From an uncultured bacterium (GTDB lineage: Bacteria; Actinomycetota; Coriobacteriia; Coriobacteriales; Atopobiaceae): a stretch of DNA of 64,000 nt. A program made the translations under genes and the position numbers. The stretch covers positions 37,684 through 101,683 of the forward strand of contig CAJMPT010000001.1 of the NCBI GenBank assembly GCA_905215465.1, written 5' to 3'. The stretch's first letter is position 1. Each line of letters begins with the position of its first letter. Under the pieces are notes generated by a model. That model had not been told where the DNA came from and did not search any database. It saw only the letters and a list, made by a program, of their open reading frames with translations. This document shows positions 62,624-64,000 of the stretch, piece after piece.

Positions 62624-64000
62624 ATGAAGAGAAGGCACAAGGTCCTGAGCCGCGCCGAGGCCGAGGCGGCCCTCACCGCCGCCAGCGCCGCAATTGCGCC
62701 CCAGGAGGAGAAGCGCGGCAGCAACCGCCGCAGCAACGAGCTCTTCCTGCTGGTGCTGGGAGCCATCCCCGTACTTCTCCTCTACGCCCTGTACGTCATG
62801 AACGCAGGCCTTGAGGTGAGCCCCTCCACCCTGGGAGTGCCCATTGCCCTCTGCCTGGCGTTTCTTGCCGCGCACGTCTCAATCAGGTGGCTGGCGCCCG
62901 GCGCCGACCCCGCCATCCTGCCCATAGTCTTCGTCCTGTCGGGCGTGGGCATCACCATGCTCACGCGCCTGAACGAGGCCTATGCCGTCAACCAGCTCAT
63001 CTGGCTCTTCCTTTCCGTGGCGGCCATGGTGGGCGTGCTCTTTGCGGTGCGCAACCTCGACAAGCTCGCCGAGTACAAGTACACGCTGGGCATCGTGGGC
63101 GTGGCGCTGTTGCTTCTCCCCATGCTCATTGGTACCGAGAAGTACGGTTCCAAGCTGTGGGTCGGCATCGGCAGCTTCAGCTTCCAGCCCGGCGAGTTCG
63201 CCAAGATCCTCATCGTCCTCTTCCTGGCGTTCTACCTAGCCGCCAACAGGGAGGCGCTCTCCGTCTCCATGAGGCAGGTGGGCCCCTTCAGGGTGCCGCG
63301 CATCCGCATGCTGCTGCCCCTGCTCGTCATGTGGGGCATCAGCCTCCTGCTGGTGGTCTTTGAGAGGGACCTGGGCAGCGCCCTGCTGTTCTTTGTGTTC
63401 TTCGTCATCATGCTGTACGTCTCCACGGGCCGCGTGAGCTACGTCGTGGTGAGCTTCCTGCTCTTGGCCGTGGGCGGCGTCTTCTGCTACCGCTTCTTTG
63501 GCCACGTCCAGACGCGCATCAACATCTGGCTTGACCCGTGGTCAGACGCCCAGGGCGGCGGCTACCAGATCGTGCAGTCGCTCTACTCCCTGGCAGACGG
63601 TGGCCTGGTTGGCACGGGCATCGGCAAGGGCCTGCCCACCTACATCCCCGTCGTGGAGTCCGACTTCATCTTCTCGGCCATCGCCGAGGAGCTGGGCCTT
63701 CTGGGCTCCTCCGCCGTGCTTGTCTTGTTCCTGCTGCTGGGCGTGCGCGGCTTTGCCACCGCGGCGCGCGCCAAGTCGGACTCCTCCACCTTCGCGGCGG
63801 TGGGCCTCACGAGCGCCCTGTGCTTCCAGGCGTTTCTCATCGTGGGCGGCGTGACCAAGTTCCTGCCGCTCACCGGCGTCACCCTGCCCTTCATGAGCCA
63901 GGGCGGCACATCGCTTCTGGCCAGCTTCATCATCGTGGCGCTGCTGCTGCGCGCCGGCGACGAGGCAACCGGTCGCGAGGCCCTCATCGAGACCGCAGGC
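62624..64000 (+). CDS. FtsW/RodA/SpoVE (SEDS) family glycosyltransferase, 3' end beyond the window
   Basis: Manual translation from ATG 62624 (GGGAGGAGAG RBS): ...GSFSFQPGEFAKILIVLFLA..., ESDFIFSAIAEELGLLG, LPLTGVTLPFMSQGGTS. No stop before position 64000. Confidence 0.9.
   Translation, partial: MKRRHKVLSRAEAEAALTAASAAIAPQEEKRGSNRRSNELFLLVLGAIPVLLLYALYVMNAGLEVSPSTLGVPIALCLAFLAAHVSIRWLAPGADPAILPIVFVLSGVGITMLTRLNEAYAVNQLIWLFLSVAAMVGVLFAVRNLDKLAEYKYTLGIVGVALLLLPMLIGTEKYGSKLWVGIGSFSFQPGEFAKILIVLFLAFYLAANREALSVSMRQVGPFRVPRIRMLLPLLVMWGISLLLVVFERDLGSALLFFVFFVIMLYVSTGRVSYVVVSFLLLAVGGVFCYRFFGHVQTRINIWLDPWSDAQGGGYQIVQSLYSLADGGLVGTGIGKGLPTYIPVVESDFIFSAIAEELGLLGSSAVLVLFLLLGVRGFATAARAKSDSSTFAAVGLTSALCFQAFLIVGGVTKFLPLTGVTLPFMSQGGTSLLASFIIVALLLRAGDEATGREALIETAG

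Overview
This is a high-G+C (roughly mid-60s % by eye) actinobacterial chromosome segment. The gene content suggests a Coriobacteriia-like gut anaerobe, but that is inference only. Supporting features are hspR-dnaJ-grpE-dnaK plus clpB, a kinase-fhaA-fhaB-PP2C-FtsW/RodA cluster, an NRAMP-related Mg-transporter-type gene, a galactitol-class PTS operon and radical-SAM enzymes. I annotate about 58 protein genes, 2 tRNAs (Ser-UGA, Leu-CAG), 2 gene remnants, and several intrinsic terminators and operators. Most of the window is housekeeping: the heat-shock operon, metA, a DEAD-box helicase, rRNA/tRNA modification enzymes, a GH3 glycosidase, an Mg/metal transport pair, PRC-barrel/YtxH stress proteins, an EF-G paralogue, a 10-gene GntR-controlled PTS sugar operon, purE-srtB-purF-purM-purN, serS, an ABC exporter and Ser/Thr kinase signalling. 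Four things are not ordinary. (1) There are three unrelated families of structured intergenic repeats. Family A has two direct plus two inverted 24-26-bp modules with an exact 40-bp period at 3 loci. Family B consists of TGAACG/CGTTCA palindrome arrays at 3 loci. Family C is a single 253-bp element with perfect 22-bp terminal inverted repeats. (2) Two paralogous DUF559/Vsr-fold genes have stop codons inside family A or B modules, and one of them is bracketed by direct family-B copies. This is my best candidate for an undescribed nuclease-plus-cognate-repeat system. (3) The 9-mer GGCGAGAAG is strongly over-represented: at least 35 exact copies, many intergenic, some as hairpin pairs, plus a 35-bp-period array. 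(4) A low-G+C island carries a Schlafen/AlbA_2-ATPase-wHTH gene, a gene remnant and mazEF. I saw no CRISPR array, rRNA, transposase or integrase. All family calls come from motif recognition by eye; no database search or folding program was available.
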